IMG/VR virus record: IMGVR_UViG_3300036853_000250
Location: 1-58,267 of that record
DNA length: 58,267 bases
Source: a virus
Direction: 5' to 3' (one strand)
Shown: positions 23,503 through 33,459 of the stretch, in pieces
Layout of the letters: the number at the start of each line of letters is the position of its first letter
How positions within the stretch are numbered: the first letter of the stretch is position 1
Program-made: the position numbers and the translations under genes
The notes under the pieces: model-generated
The model's input: only the letters and a program-made list of their open reading frames with translations
What the model was told of the DNA's origin: nothing
The model's database searches: none

Positions 23503-24771
23503 GTGACCGCATTCTCTCTCAGCAATCAAGACGCAGTCCTCAAAGAAGTCTACACAACCGACAAGATCCTCGAGCAATCGTACGGGGACAACCCGTGGTT
23601 TGCCTTCGTCCAGAAGGAACGCCAGATGACGGCTGGCGGCCGTCGCTACATCCAGCCCGTCGAGTTCGGCAATCCATCAGGCGCGTCCGCCGACTACGGC
23701 GATGCGATGACGGACAACGTCGTCTCGCAGTACACCGACTTCATCATCCCGCGGAAGCGCCAGTACCAGCGCATCCAGATCAACCACGAGCTGCTGTTCA
23801 GCACCGAGAAGAAATCCGACGCGTTCGTCTCGGCGCTCAAGGAGTTCGACCGCGGATTCAAGTCGCTCGGTGAGAAGATCGGCCGCCGGCTGTACCGCAC
23901 CCAGGGCGGGAACATCGGCCAGCTGGCCATCTCGTCGACGAACACCACGACGCTGTCATTCACCGACAACGCCTCGGTGTTCAACTTCCACATCAATCAG
24001 GTGCTGCAGTTCAGCACCACGGACGGTACCGGCTCGCTCCTCGACGGCGGAGACACCACGACCGTGACCGCGGTCGACCACGAGGCCGGCACGGTCACGA
24101 TCGCCGACAACCTAGGCGTCAAGATCGCCGGCATCACGACCTCATCGTTCGTCTTCCAGCGCGGCGACTACAACGCTTGCCTGGCCGGACTCGAGGACTG
24201 GATCCCGGTCGACAACCGTACGACCAAGCTCGCGGCGTCGTTCAACGGCGTCACGCGTTCGACCGCGCCGGTCTACCTCGGTGGCGTGTTCCTCGACGGG
24301 CGAGCATTCGGCGGACTCGACGAGGTCATCATCAAGCTCGTCGGCAAGATCGGCAAGTACGGCGGAAACACCTCGCACTGTCTCGCCAACCCGGAGTCAC
24401 TTAGCGATCTCGAGCTGATCAGCAACTCGAAGATGCGCATCATCGGCGAGCTGACCACGAACATGCGGTCCGAGACCGGCGATCTGATCGTCGGGTTCTC
24501 CGGCTACAAGGCGATCGTCGGCGGGCGGACCGTCAAGATCTACCCGGACCGCAACTGCCCGTCGAACCGCCTGCACGCGCTGCAGCTCGACACGTGGACG
24601 CTGTGGCACACCGGTGATTTGATCAACTGGCTCGGCGAGAGCTACACCGGGAACCGGCTGCAGCCGTCGCAGAACGAGGACAGCGCGGAAGCGCGGCTCG
24701 GTTCGTACCAGAACCTCGGCAACAGCGCACCCGGCTGGAACGGGTCGGCGCAGATCAACGCGAGCAACTGA
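23503..24771 (+). CDS. Major capsid protein (422 aa)
   Basis: Position after the scaffold gene, and size. AAGGAG lies upstream of the GTG at 23503. The longer ORF start at 23476 lies inside the hairpin. Confidence 0.75.
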   Translation: MTAFSLSNQDAVLKEVYTTDKILEQSYGDNPWFAFVQKERQMTAGGRRYIQPVEFGNPSGASADYGDAMTDNVVSQYTDFIIPRKRQYQRIQINHELLFSTEKKSDAFVSALKEFDRGFKSLGEKIGRRLYRTQGGNIGQLAISSTNTTTLSFTDNASVFNFHINQVLQFSTTDGTGSLLDGGDTTTVTAVDHEAGTVTIADNLGVKIAGITTSSFVFQRGDYNACLAGLEDWIPVDNRTTKLAASFNGVTRSTAPVYLGGVFLDGRAFGGLDEVIIKLVGKIGKYGGNTSHCLANPESLSDLELISNSKMRIIGELTTNMRSETGDLIVGFSGYKAIVGGRTVKIYPDRNCPSNRLHALQLDTWTLWHTGDLINWLGESYTGNRLQPSQNEDSAEARLGSYQNLGNSAPGWNGSAQINASN

Positions 24772-24772
24772 T

Positions 24773-25162
24773 ATGGCGCGCTCAGGCAATCGCACCACGA
24801 GTCCGGTGGAGACACCGCGGACCTGCGTACAGGTGCTGTACGCGACGCTGGTCGGCGGTGGCGCTGGCGACCTCACGATGAGCGCACAGGAAGCGCTCAA
24901 CGGCGAGATCGTTTCGGCCGCGCGCACCGGCGCGGGCAAGTACACGGTGACGTTTCGCTACGTCTACCCGGAGCTGAAGCGCGCGCCGGTGTTCGGGTTC
25001 ATCGCCACGACCGATGGACTCGTCGCGCAGTTCGCGTCGATCGACATCACGACCGGTACCGGCGCACTCGAGACCTACGTGGGCTCGACGCCGACCGACC
25101 TCGCCACCACCGACACCATCACCCTCGACTGGGTTGTTCGCAACTCGGGAAAGAACAAGTAA
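24773..25162 (+). CDS. virion-module protein (129 aa), possible head decoration/adaptor
   Basis: ORF track; directly follows the capsid gene. Confidence 0.55.
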   Translation: MARSGNRTTSPVETPRTCVQVLYATLVGGGAGDLTMSAQEALNGEIVSAARTGAGKYTVTFRYVYPELKRAPVFGFIATTDGLVAQFASIDITTGTGALETYVGSTPTDLATTDTITLDWVVRNSGKNK

Positions 25163-25164
25163 CA

Positions 25165-25871
25165 TGCTGACCGAGACTCAACTTTTTGCGGTCGGGAACT
25201 TCGACCAGGGCACCATCGACGGACTCCGCGAGGCACTCGGCGGCGGCGTCGAGGCGCTCTCCGCGGCCGGCGCGCTGTCCACCGCGTCGTACGAGACGGC
25301 GCTGACCGTCAGCGGCACGATGGCCTTCACCTTGGCCGCGCCGACGGTGATCGGCCAGAAGAAGCGCATCCGATGCGTGTCGGCCGCCTCGACGCCACTG
25401 GCGACGCTGACCATCACCAGTCCGGACGACACCGCCGGATTCGTCTGTTCGTCGACGTTTCTATTCGACGCCGCCGGTCAGCGCGTGGATCTCGTGGCCA
25501 CGTCGGGGCTGAAGTGGCGAGCGGTCGATATCGTTCGAGCGGGCGGCGCCGCCAACGAGGTCGTCATCGGGACCACGGTCCTGACCGGCGTCAACCTCAA
25601 GTCGAACTACTTCTGCTCAGTGACGGGCACAGTAGCGAGCACGACCACGAAGGGCATTCCCAACGGGTCGGCGATCGGCGAGGTGATGACCGTCAACGTC
25701 TCGACGGCCGCATCGATTCCGTCGGGAACCATCTCGATCACCGGGCGTACACAGGCCGGCGCCGCGGCGACGACCCTCGGCACGATGGGCGCGGTGACGA
25801 ACTTCGCCACGTGCCGATGGAACGGCACGGCGTGGGACATCATCGGCAACAACACCCTGGTGATGTCGTAA
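25165..25871 (+). CDS. virion-module protein (235 aa)
   Basis: ORF 25014..25871 trimmed to the ATG at 25165; Thr/Ala/Gly-rich beta-type composition. Confidence 0.55.
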
Positions 25872-25875
25872 GCCA

Positions 25876-27873
25876 GTGACGAACTTCGTCTACGACGACG
25901 TTCCGCTGCCCGGCTCGAAGACGAACATCAAGCCGGTCACGAACGCGTCCAACCAATGGAGCGCGGAGGACGCCAACGCGGTGTTCACGGCGCTCGGCGA
26001 TATCCGGACGGTCATCCGCGACGGGTGGATGGCCGCGAAGGACTTTGGCGTGGTTGGCAACGGCGTCGCAGACGACACGGCGGCACTGCAGGCAGCGATC
26101 ACGGCGTCGCCGGGGCGCACCTTGTATCTGCCCAAGGGCAAGTACAAGGTCACCTCGACGCTACTTATCACGGACCGCAATCACCGCATCGTCGGTGATT
26201 GCGGCGTCCGCAACAGCATCAACGGCACGGAGATCCAATTCTTCGGTACCGGGCCATGCATCCAGATCGGCACCGACAACGGGCACGCGTGGAGTGCAAG
26301 CGACTATGACGGGCCGCAAGACCAGGCATTCGAAAACATCTGGATCTCGCACGGCGCGCCTGACTCGTCGATGGCGTCGAACCCCGGCGGCGCTTCGGTG
26401 TACAAGGCTGGCGCATACGGCATCTGGGACTGGCGAGCCGGCGGGCTCGTGTTTCGCAATGTTGGATTCGAGGCTTTCGAAGCGAGCTTCGTCGGCATCC
26501 AGAGCGACATCAACAGCTTCATCAACGTGGTGTCGCTGTATTCGAAATTCGGCCTCTACATCGGCCCGCGGTCCGATCAGCTATCGCTCTATCAGCTGAT
26601 GTCGTTCTCGTGCGACCGGGCGCTCACGATCGATGGCGCGCGCCAGCCACGGATCGTCGACGCGCAGTTCATCGGCTGTGGCACGACGACCGCCGCAGCG
26701 ATCGAGATCCGTCAGGGATCGGCGGGCGTCGAGATCGTCCGTCCGTGGTTCGAGCACCTGTCGGCGACTGGCTATGCTGGTGTCGATCAGCTTTCGTTCG
26801 TCTCGGCTGGAGAGGTCGCCGGCTATGGCTCGGGCGGCTCGATCTCGTCGCCGGGTGGAGCGCCGGTCACGGCGTCGGTCGAGGGTTGCAGTGTGATCGA
26901 GCCGATGATCTTGACCGATATCGTCGGCAACCCGTACCACACCAAGTACGCCGTCTCCGTCGGTAAGTGCCATCGGCTCTTCGTCGCGAGCCCCGCGGTT
27001 CCGGTCGGGTTTTCGATCACGAACCTCGATGCGATCGTTGGCGTTCAGGCCTCGCAGGCGCCGACGAACGGAGACACCCAGATCTCGATTCGCGACATCA
27101 CCTCGACGCTGACGATCGCGAAGACGTTCACCAACCTCGGGGCCGGCAACCCATCGATCAGCATTTACTCAACTGGTCCGTCCGGAACACAGCTGACCAC
27201 CGAGAGCCGATTCTTCTTCAAAACCTTCGGCGCATCGGCCGGCGCGGATAGCATCCAGCTGTCGCAGGAAGGCCAGGTCGGCGAAGTCTGGTTGACCACG
27301 CCCAACAAGCCGTCCGGGCAGGTGACCCGGTTGCGGCTCGCGCGATCGGTGCAGACCAGCTCCAGCGCCTCCGCTCCGAGCCTGGGCACGGTCGAGCTCG
27401 GCGACCGTTGCATGGTCCTGGATCCAGCGGCCGGTGGCTTCGCCGAGTGGGTCTGCGTCGTCGCCGGCAACCCGGGAACGTGGTGCAAGGCGGCGCCGGT
27501 GCTGGCGACCGATGATGCGTTCGTCGTCGGCAAGGGGCTTCGCGCGAGCAACGAGCTGGCGCCCGCACAGATCACGACAAATCAGAACGACTACAGTCCG
27601 GCCGGGCTGGTCGATGCCGTGGTCCTGGTCCTGACCAGTTCGGGCGCGGTCAACATCACCGGCATCGCCACCGGCATCGCTGGTCGGAAGTTGTGGATCT
27701 ACAACGGCGGCGCCCAGAACATCACGCTGACGAACCAGGACGTGTTGTCGGTCGCCGGCAACCGGATCATCGGCCGCGGCGCGGCCAACACCACACTGAC
27801 CGCCGCGACGGCCGCAGAGCTGTACTACAGCCCGTCGTTGTCGCGGTGGATCGTACTCGGAGACACGCTGTGA
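25876..27873 (+). CDS. Tailspike with pectate-lyase-superfamily (right-handed beta-helix) depolymerase domain
   Basis: AKDFGVVGNGVADDTAALQAAITASPGRTLYLPKGKYKV is the canonical N-terminal signature of the Pectate_lyase_3 type; 665 aa. Confidence 0.75.
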   Translation: MTNFVYDDVPLPGSKTNIKPVTNASNQWSAEDANAVFTALGDIRTVIRDGWMAAKDFGVVGNGVADDTAALQAAITASPGRTLYLPKGKYKVTSTLLITDRNHRIVGDCGVRNSINGTEIQFFGTGPCIQIGTDNGHAWSASDYDGPQDQAFENIWISHGAPDSSMASNPGGASVYKAGAYGIWDWRAGGLVFRNVGFEAFEASFVGIQSDINSFINVVSLYSKFGLYIGPRSDQLSLYQLMSFSCDRALTIDGARQPRIVDAQFIGCGTTTAAAIEIRQGSAGVEIVRPWFEHLSATGYAGVDQLSFVSAGEVAGYGSGGSISSPGGAPVTASVEGCSVIEPMILTDIVGNPYHTKYAVSVGKCHRLFVASPAVPVGFSITNLDAIVGVQASQAPTNGDTQISIRDITSTLTIAKTFTNLGAGNPSISIYSTGPSGTQLTTESRFFFKTFGASAGADSIQLSQEGQVGEVWLTTPNKPSGQVTRLRLARSVQTSSSASAPSLGTVELGDRCMVLDPAAGGFAEWVCVVAGNPGTWCKAAPVLATDDAFVVGKGLRASNELAPAQITTNQNDYSPAGLVDAVVLVLTSSGAVNITGIATGIAGRKLWIYNGGAQNITLTNQDVLSVAGNRIIGRGAANTTLTAATAAELYYSPSLSRWIVLGDTL

Positions 27874-28574
27874 GCGACCTCGCTTCGCCGCTCGCGTCCT
27901 CACTCGGAGGGGATCCGTTGACGAAGAACCTTGCGGACCTCATCTCGATCATCCGTTTCCGTGGCGACTACCGCAACGTCCTCCGCTTCCCCGACGCGAA
28001 CCTGACCACGGAGATCCAGGCTGCGTTCGCCGAGTGGTACGAGCTCGTCGTCGACACCAACGAAGGGTACTTCGACACGAACGACACGGTGACCACGACC
28101 TCATCTGTCGGCTTCGTGGCGTTGCCCGATGGGACGTGGCGGGTCCGGGGCATCGACCGACTCGACGGCAGCGACTACATCGGCCTCGAGCAGGTCGGCA
28201 TCGCGGAGCGCAACTGGTTCTCGTCGACACCTGGTCGCCCGTGCGCATACCGGCTGACGTTCCGCGGCGCTGACCTGTTTCCGACGCCCGACGCGGCCTA
28301 CACGCTGCGGGTCACGTACACACCGGTCGCGCCGACGCTCGACAGCACACAGCGGGCGTTCTTCAACAGCTGGGAGGAGTACACCGTCTACGGTGCGCTC
28401 GTTCGGCTCGCGCTCAACGAGGAGCGTGACCCGGGCGCCTGGCAGCAGCAGCTCGACATCCAGCGCGCGCGCATCACGCGCGGCGCGTCGCAGCGCAAGG
28501 CGCAGGAGCCGGAGTATCTCGTGCTCCGCGACAGCGGATACGACGACTTCGATCGCGACGAGAGGTGGCGCTGA
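27870..28574 (+). CDS. virion protein, possible head-tail adaptor (234 aa)
   Basis: ORF 27693..28574 trimmed to the GTG at 27870 (GTGA overlap); assignment rests on position in the tail module. Confidence 0.5.
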   Translation: MSDLASPLASSLGGDPLTKNLADLISIIRFRGDYRNVLRFPDANLTTEIQAAFAEWYELVVDTNEGYFDTNDTVTTTSSVGFVALPDGTWRVRGIDRLDGSDYIGLEQVGIAERNWFSSTPGRPCAYRLTFRGADLFPTPDAAYTLRVTYTPVAPTLDSTQRAFFNSWEEYTVYGALVRLALNEERDPGAWQQQLDIQRARITRGASQRKAQEPEYLVLRDSGYDDFDRDERWR

Positions 28575-28915
28575 TGGCGGGGCGTAGGCCACCGGCAATG
28601 CGACCGGTCGCGGCGCTCGGGATCTCCGACGTGGACGACCCGGCGACGAAGCGCGCGTTCGACGCCGTGGGTGCGGCGGTCATCAGGCTGCAAGAGGCGC
28701 GGTCGCGTGCGCAGCTGACCGCCGATCTCGTCGTCGGACGCAACGTCATCCGGCACGGCCTCGGGCGCGCGGTGGTCGGCTACACGCTTACCGCGACGGT
28801 GGCTAACGCGGCGTTCGCCCATGCGATCGACGCCAGCAACACGAAGCCAGATCTCGAGGTCTGGATCACCGTCATCGGCGTCGCTCAACCCGGCGCGCGG
28901 TTGGAGGTCTGGTGA
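28574..28915 (+). CDS. virion-module protein (113 aa)
   Basis: ORF 28565..28915; the ATG at 28574 shares a base with the upstream stop. Confidence 0.5.
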   Translation: MAGRRPPAMRPVAALGISDVDDPATKRAFDAVGAAVIRLQEARSRAQLTADLVVGRNVIRHGLGRAVVGYTLTATVANAAFAHAIDASNTKPDLEVWITVIGVAQPGARLEVW

Positions 28916-30156
28916 CGACTCTTCCTCAGATGGGGTTGACCCTGCCGACGCGCGGGCCGTCGGGTGCTGGTGTGTGGGACGACTCGATCGACGCCGACCT
29001 CGGGCTCATTGACGCTCACGATCACTCGACGGGCAAGGGCACCGCGGTTCCGACGAGCGGCATCAACATCAACGCGGATCTGACGTTCGGCTCGCTGTAC
29101 GCGCCGATCGGCCTGCATCGGATCACGTTCGCATCGATCGTCGCGCTGTCCTCGTCGAACAAGAGCCTGTTCGTCAACGCCGCCGACAACGAGCTCTACT
29201 GGCGCTCGAACGCCGGAACCAACGTCAAGCTGACCTCGGGCAACGCGCTCAACGTCGCCGCGTTCACCGGCGGCATCGGCGGCGACTACACGGCGGTCGC
29301 CGCGGCGGTCGCGTTCGACGATGCTGGCGACAGGTACACGTTCAAGCAGAACGCGGGCGTCGGCTGGGCCCGACTGGCCAGCGGTGACGTCCGCTTGTTC
29401 GAGACAGGGACGTCGGACACTGTGTTCGTTGGTCTCGCGGCGCCGGCCGCGCTTGCTGGCTCGTACACGCTCACGATGCCACTGGCCGTGCCGGGGTCGA
29501 CCTCGCTGGTGCAGATGGACTCGGCCGGTGTGCTCACGGCGAGCAACACGGTGGCCAATGCGGTCACGCTCTCGAGTTCGCTGTCCGTTGGGACGACGCT
29601 CGGCGTGACCGGATCAGCGACCGTTGGCGGAACGCTCGGAGTGACCGGGCTTATCACGGCGACCGCTGGCGTGACCGCGGCAGCGAATCAACACGTAACG
29701 GTCAGCGGCACCGGAACATTCAAGCATGGCACCGTTACGTTGGTAATCCCTCCGTCGATGGCCGTGGTGCAGTCAGGGGGCACCATAGTCTATGGCGGCG
29801 GGGTCGGCACCACTGGTGCAAGCTTCACTCCCAGCAATGGGATCGTCATCCCCATCTGTCTGAATGTCGGGGACAGGATCAGCGCGATTCGTTCGTATGT
29901 GCTCGACAGCTCCACCGGTCCGACGACGATCCGCGCGTCGCTGATCTCTCAGGCGGTGGCCTCGCTGACCAGGACCAACCTCGGAAACTCGAATACGTCG
30001 TCCGGCGCGGGCGCGGGGGCGGGTGGACAGACGCTCACCCTCACGGCGACTGTGACAATCGCCAGCCAAGTCGCTTACTACCTGATTATCAATGCGGTAT
30101 CCGGGACTGATACCTGCAATTTGATCGTGGTTGAGGTGGACTATGACCACCCGTAA
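28912..30156 (+). CDS. Tail fibre protein (414 aa)
   Basis: N-terminus GLTLPTRGPSGAGVWDDSIDADLGLIDAHDHSTGKGTAV is a pattern recurrent in phage fibre N-termini; Gly/Thr/Ser/Ala-rich shaft. Confidence 0.6.
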   Translation: MTTLPQMGLTLPTRGPSGAGVWDDSIDADLGLIDAHDHSTGKGTAVPTSGININADLTFGSLYAPIGLHRITFASIVALSSSNKSLFVNAADNELYWRSNAGTNVKLTSGNALNVAAFTGGIGGDYTAVAAAVAFDDAGDRYTFKQNAGVGWARLASGDVRLFETGTSDTVFVGLAAPAALAGSYTLTMPLAVPGSTSLVQMDSAGVLTASNTVANAVTLSSSLSVGTTLGVTGSATVGGTLGVTGLITATAGVTAAANQHVTVSGTGTFKHGTVTLVIPPSMAVVQSGGTIVYGGGVGTTGASFTPSNGIVIPICLNVGDRISAIRSYVLDSSTGPTTIRASLISQAVASLTRTNLGNSNTSSGAGAGAGGQTLTLTATVTIASQVAYYLIINAVSGTDTCNLIVVEVDYDHP

Positions 30157-30157
30157 G

Positions 30158-30334
30158 CTAGTCGCACGAGAATCGGACGTCTTCGCCCGGGTTGCACGGC
30201 ACCTCGGCGTCGTTGATGACCAAGCAGCCGACGTCCGGACATACCTCCGCGCAGATCGCGACGTTGTCAACGGTCGGTTCGGGTACGTCGTCAACACACC
30301 CACTCAGCAGTATCGCCATCACCAGCAGCTTCAT
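30158..30334 (-). CDS. Small Cys-rich secreted lipoprotein (58 aa) encoded antisense within the tail operon
   Basis: MKLLVMAILLSGC is a signal peptide plus lipobox. The mature 46 aa contain 6 Cys. The gene exactly fills the only gap (30157..30371) in the tail gene string. Confidence 0.6.
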   Translation of the reverse strand: MKLLVMAILLSGCVDDVPEPTVDNVAICAEVCPDVGCLVINDAEVPCNPGEDVRFSCD

Positions 30335-30371
30335 CCCGCCATCTTGAGCACTGCCCACGCGGAGGTCAACT

Positions 30372-33300
30372 GTGACCCTGCGTGAGGGGCCGCCGGTCCG
30401 CGTCCAATTCGCCGGGGGTGTCGAGACCAAGTCCGATCCCAAGGCGGTGCCGAGTGTCCGCCTGCTCGCACTCGAGAACGGTGTATTTACGCGCGCGATC
30501 TCGATCAAGAAGCGTAACGGTTACGAGTCTATCGCCGACATCGACGGCGCGATTCGTACCGCGACGCGCGATGACGAATTACTGGCGTTCACCCGCACCC
30601 GCAGCACCTCGTTGCAGTCCGACGGCTCCACCTCGGATGCCGGTGCCGTGTTCTCGGTGGTCGCGACCGATCGGCCGCTGGTCGCCACGGGCACCCAGCA
30701 GACGATGCCGGACCAGGCTTCGCTGGCCGGCGTCACCGTGGCCGCATGGGAGGACAGCCGCGGCGGCGTGTGGTGGAGCGTCACCGACACGACGACGGAG
30801 CGGATCCTACGCGCGCCGACTCAAGCGGACGCCGTCGGCCGCTCACCGCGGTGTGTGCCGTGCGGTCCGAACTTGCACGTCTATTACGCGGTGCCGTCGA
30901 TGCGGCGACTGATGGTGCTGGTCATCAGTCCGGAGGCGCCGGGCGCGGCAGTGACTCCGGCTATCCTGACGGACGATCTGGAGGCGACAAATCCGGTTTA
31001 CGACGCGTGTTCGACGACGCGTACCGGAACCCCGGCGGCCATCGCGTGGGTGGAGTCCGCGACCACGGCGATCCGGTTCGGTTATGTCGATCAGAGCGGA
31101 GTGCTGGGCGGCCCGCTTACCGGCCATCCGTCGATCCTGACCTTTGCGGCTGCGCGTTCAGCGACGACACCTGTCGCTATCGCTTACACGTTCATCGATG
31201 GTGGCATCAACGATCGTCTGACTCTCGCATACGTTCCCGCGTCGCTGGCGGCGACCATCGCGACGTTTTTTGGCGGTGATGCATCGACGGCGATCTTGTT
31301 CATCAACGCCGGATCGGGGTACACGGCCGTGAGCGTGCAGCGTATCGCGCTGGCGACAACCGGTGCGACCAGTTCCACCGTGCTGATCTGGGTCGCGTGG
31401 GAGGAGTCCGCTGTCGCGGCGAGCAACCGATTTGTCGTTGCGCAGCGCTATAGCCCGGCTGCGATCTTCCAGGCCGGAATCACGATCCGCTCAGTCGGTC
31501 TCGCGTCGCGCGCATACGCGATCGATGCCGATGTGTTCGCTGTGTTCGTTCATGACACCACGTACTTCAACACGTACCTGACGTTGCGACTGGCCGATGC
31601 AGTCTGCGTCGGTCGTCATGTCCCCGCCGCCGCGGCCGGTGCGCCGACGCGCCCGCACCTGTCGAACGTGCACGTGTTCGGCAGCGTCGCGCTCTTCGCG
31701 CTGCCGTGGCGCGTGCGGCTGACGACCGAGAACAACGACAAGTTCCGCGAGACGTCGCTGCGGTTGTTCACGATGGACTTCGCCTCCGACGCGAGTCATC
31801 AGTACGCGCAGCTCGGCCGCGGGCTGTATCTCGGTGGGGCGTGCCCGCAGCACTACGACGGGTCGATCTGGAGTGAGCAGGGCTTCCACTTCGGCCCCGA
31901 GCTCGTGGCGACCGTGCCCGCGGCCGGCGGCTCCCTCACCAGCGGCACGACCTACGAGTACCGCTACTGGTACGAGTGGACCGACGCGCAAGGTGAGGTG
32001 CACCGCGGCCCGACGTCGATCGGCACGGTCGTCACGATGGGCGGCGGCGACACGCAGGTCACGCACACGCTGCCGACGCTGCGTGTCACCGGCAAGGCGA
32101 ACGTGCGCATCTGCGTCGCACGCACCGAAGCGGCGAAGACGGGCAAGACGGCGCAGCTATTTCGCGTCACGTCGCTCGATCCTTCGGCGTCAGGTCCCAA
32201 CGGCTACGTGGCCAACGACACGACGGTCGACACGGTGACGTTCGTGGACCGCATGAGCGACGTGACGCTGGCGACGCAAGAGGAGCTGTACACGGACGGC
32301 GGCATCCTCAGCAATGACCCCTCGGCTCTCGGCTCTGTCGTCGCGCGCGGACAGTCGCGGCTGTTCTTCACCGACCCCAGCGACGGCAATGTCATCCGCT
32401 TCAGCCAGCCACTCGACGATGGATTCGGCGTCGAGATCCCACCGGACTTGACGATCCGGACCGATCCGTTCGGCGGTGACGTCACGGCGATCGCGTTCGC
32501 CGACGGGCGTGGCTTCGCCTGGAAGCGCGATGCGATCTTCACGTTCGCCGGTGACGGGCCCCTCCCCAACGGCGACACCGCCACGAGCGGATTCACGACG
32601 CCGCAGCTTCTCCCTGGAGATGCCGGCTGCACCAACCCGTCGTCGATCGTGATCACCCCGGCTGGTTTCATGTACCAGTCGAGCAAGGGCATTCACCTGC
32701 TCGCGCGCGACGGGACCGTGCAGTACGTGGGGGCACCCGTCGAGGCCTACAACGCGCAGCGGGTGGTGCGCGCAACGACGCTGCCTGACCGAACCGCGGT
32801 GCTGTTCTTGACCGACTCGGGGCTGTCGTTGCTCTATGACTACCTCTTTGGCCAGTGGTCGACGTTCTCAAACCACGAGGGCCTCGACGCCGCCGTGGTT
32901 AGCAACACGTACCACTACGTGCGCGCTGATGGTCGCGTGTTCCGCGAGACGCCGGGCATCTACAGCGATGCGGGGACGCGCATCCGGCTACGGCTCGAGA
33001 CGGCGTGGCTCCACATGGTCGGCCACCTCCAGGGCTTTCAGCGCTTCTGGTACCTGCATGTCCTCGGCACGTGGGTGTCAGCGCATCAGTTCGGCATCCA
33101 GTACCAGACCGACTACACGCCGGGCTGGACGGACTCGTACTGGCTCGACGCCACCGGCGAGAGCGACAGCACCGGATGGATCACCGGCGGCAACGCCGCG
33201 CCTATCGGCGTCGAGTCGATCGTCGGCACTGGCTACGGCGACGGCGAGTACGGTGACGGACCGTACGGCGGCACCGCGCCGGGACTGTATCAGTGGCGCC

Positions 33301-33458
33301 TCGGCCTCAACGAGAAGGGCCAGTCGATCCAGCTCCGCTTCGAGGACTTCGAGGCGAATGGGTTTCTCGGCGCGTCGTTCGAACTGACCGAGTTGGTTAT
33401 CACCGGCGGCGTCAAGGCGTCCGCACCGCGGCCATTCCAGGCCTCGAGGAGTACGTGA
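30372..33458 (+). CDS. Tail nozzle / tail tubular protein B-like (T7 gp12-like), 1028 aa
   Basis: N-terminal pattern FAGGVETKSDPKAVP...LENGVFTRAISIKKRNG parallels the gp12 pattern GGISQQPD...N...G..KRP. The C-terminal YQWRLGLNEKGQSIQLRFED segment and the size also fit. Confidence 0.6.
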   Translation: MTLREGPPVRVQFAGGVETKSDPKAVPSVRLLALENGVFTRAISIKKRNGYESIADIDGAIRTATRDDELLAFTRTRSTSLQSDGSTSDAGAVFSVVATDRPLVATGTQQTMPDQASLAGVTVAAWEDSRGGVWWSVTDTTTERILRAPTQADAVGRSPRCVPCGPNLHVYYAVPSMRRLMVLVISPEAPGAAVTPAILTDDLEATNPVYDACSTTRTGTPAAIAWVESATTAIRFGYVDQSGVLGGPLTGHPSILTFAAARSATTPVAIAYTFIDGGINDRLTLAYVPASLAATIATFFGGDASTAILFINAGSGYTAVSVQRIALATTGATSSTVLIWVAWEESAVAASNRFVVAQRYSPAAIFQAGITIRSVGLASRAYAIDADVFAVFVHDTTYFNTYLTLRLADAVCVGRHVPAAAAGAPTRPHLSNVHVFGSVALFALPWRVRLTTENNDKFRETSLRLFTMDFASDASHQYAQLGRGLYLGGACPQHYDGSIWSEQGFHFGPELVATVPAAGGSLTSGTTYEYRYWYEWTDAQGEVHRGPTSIGTVVTMGGGDTQVTHTLPTLRVTGKANVRICVARTEAAKTGKTAQLFRVTSLDPSASGPNGYVANDTTVDTVTFVDRMSDVTLATQEELYTDGGILSNDPSALGSVVARGQSRLFFTDPSDGNVIRFSQPLDDGFGVEIPPDLTIRTDPFGGDVTAIAFADGRGFAWKRDAIFTFAGDGPLPNGDTATSGFTTPQLLPGDAGCTNPSSIVITPAGFMYQSSKGIHLLARDGTVQYVGAPVEAYNAQRVVRATTLPDRTAVLFLTDSGLSLLYDYLFGQWSTFSNHEGLDAAVVSNTYHYVRADGRVFRETPGIYSDAGTRIRLRLETAWLHMVGHLQGFQRFWYLHVLGTWVSAHQFGIQYQTDYTPGWTDSYWLDATGESDSTGWITGGNAAPIGVESIVGTGYGDGEYGDGPYGGTAPGLYQWRLGLNEKGQSIQLRFEDFEANGFLGASFELTELVITGGVKASAPRPFQASRST

Positions 33459-33459
33459 C

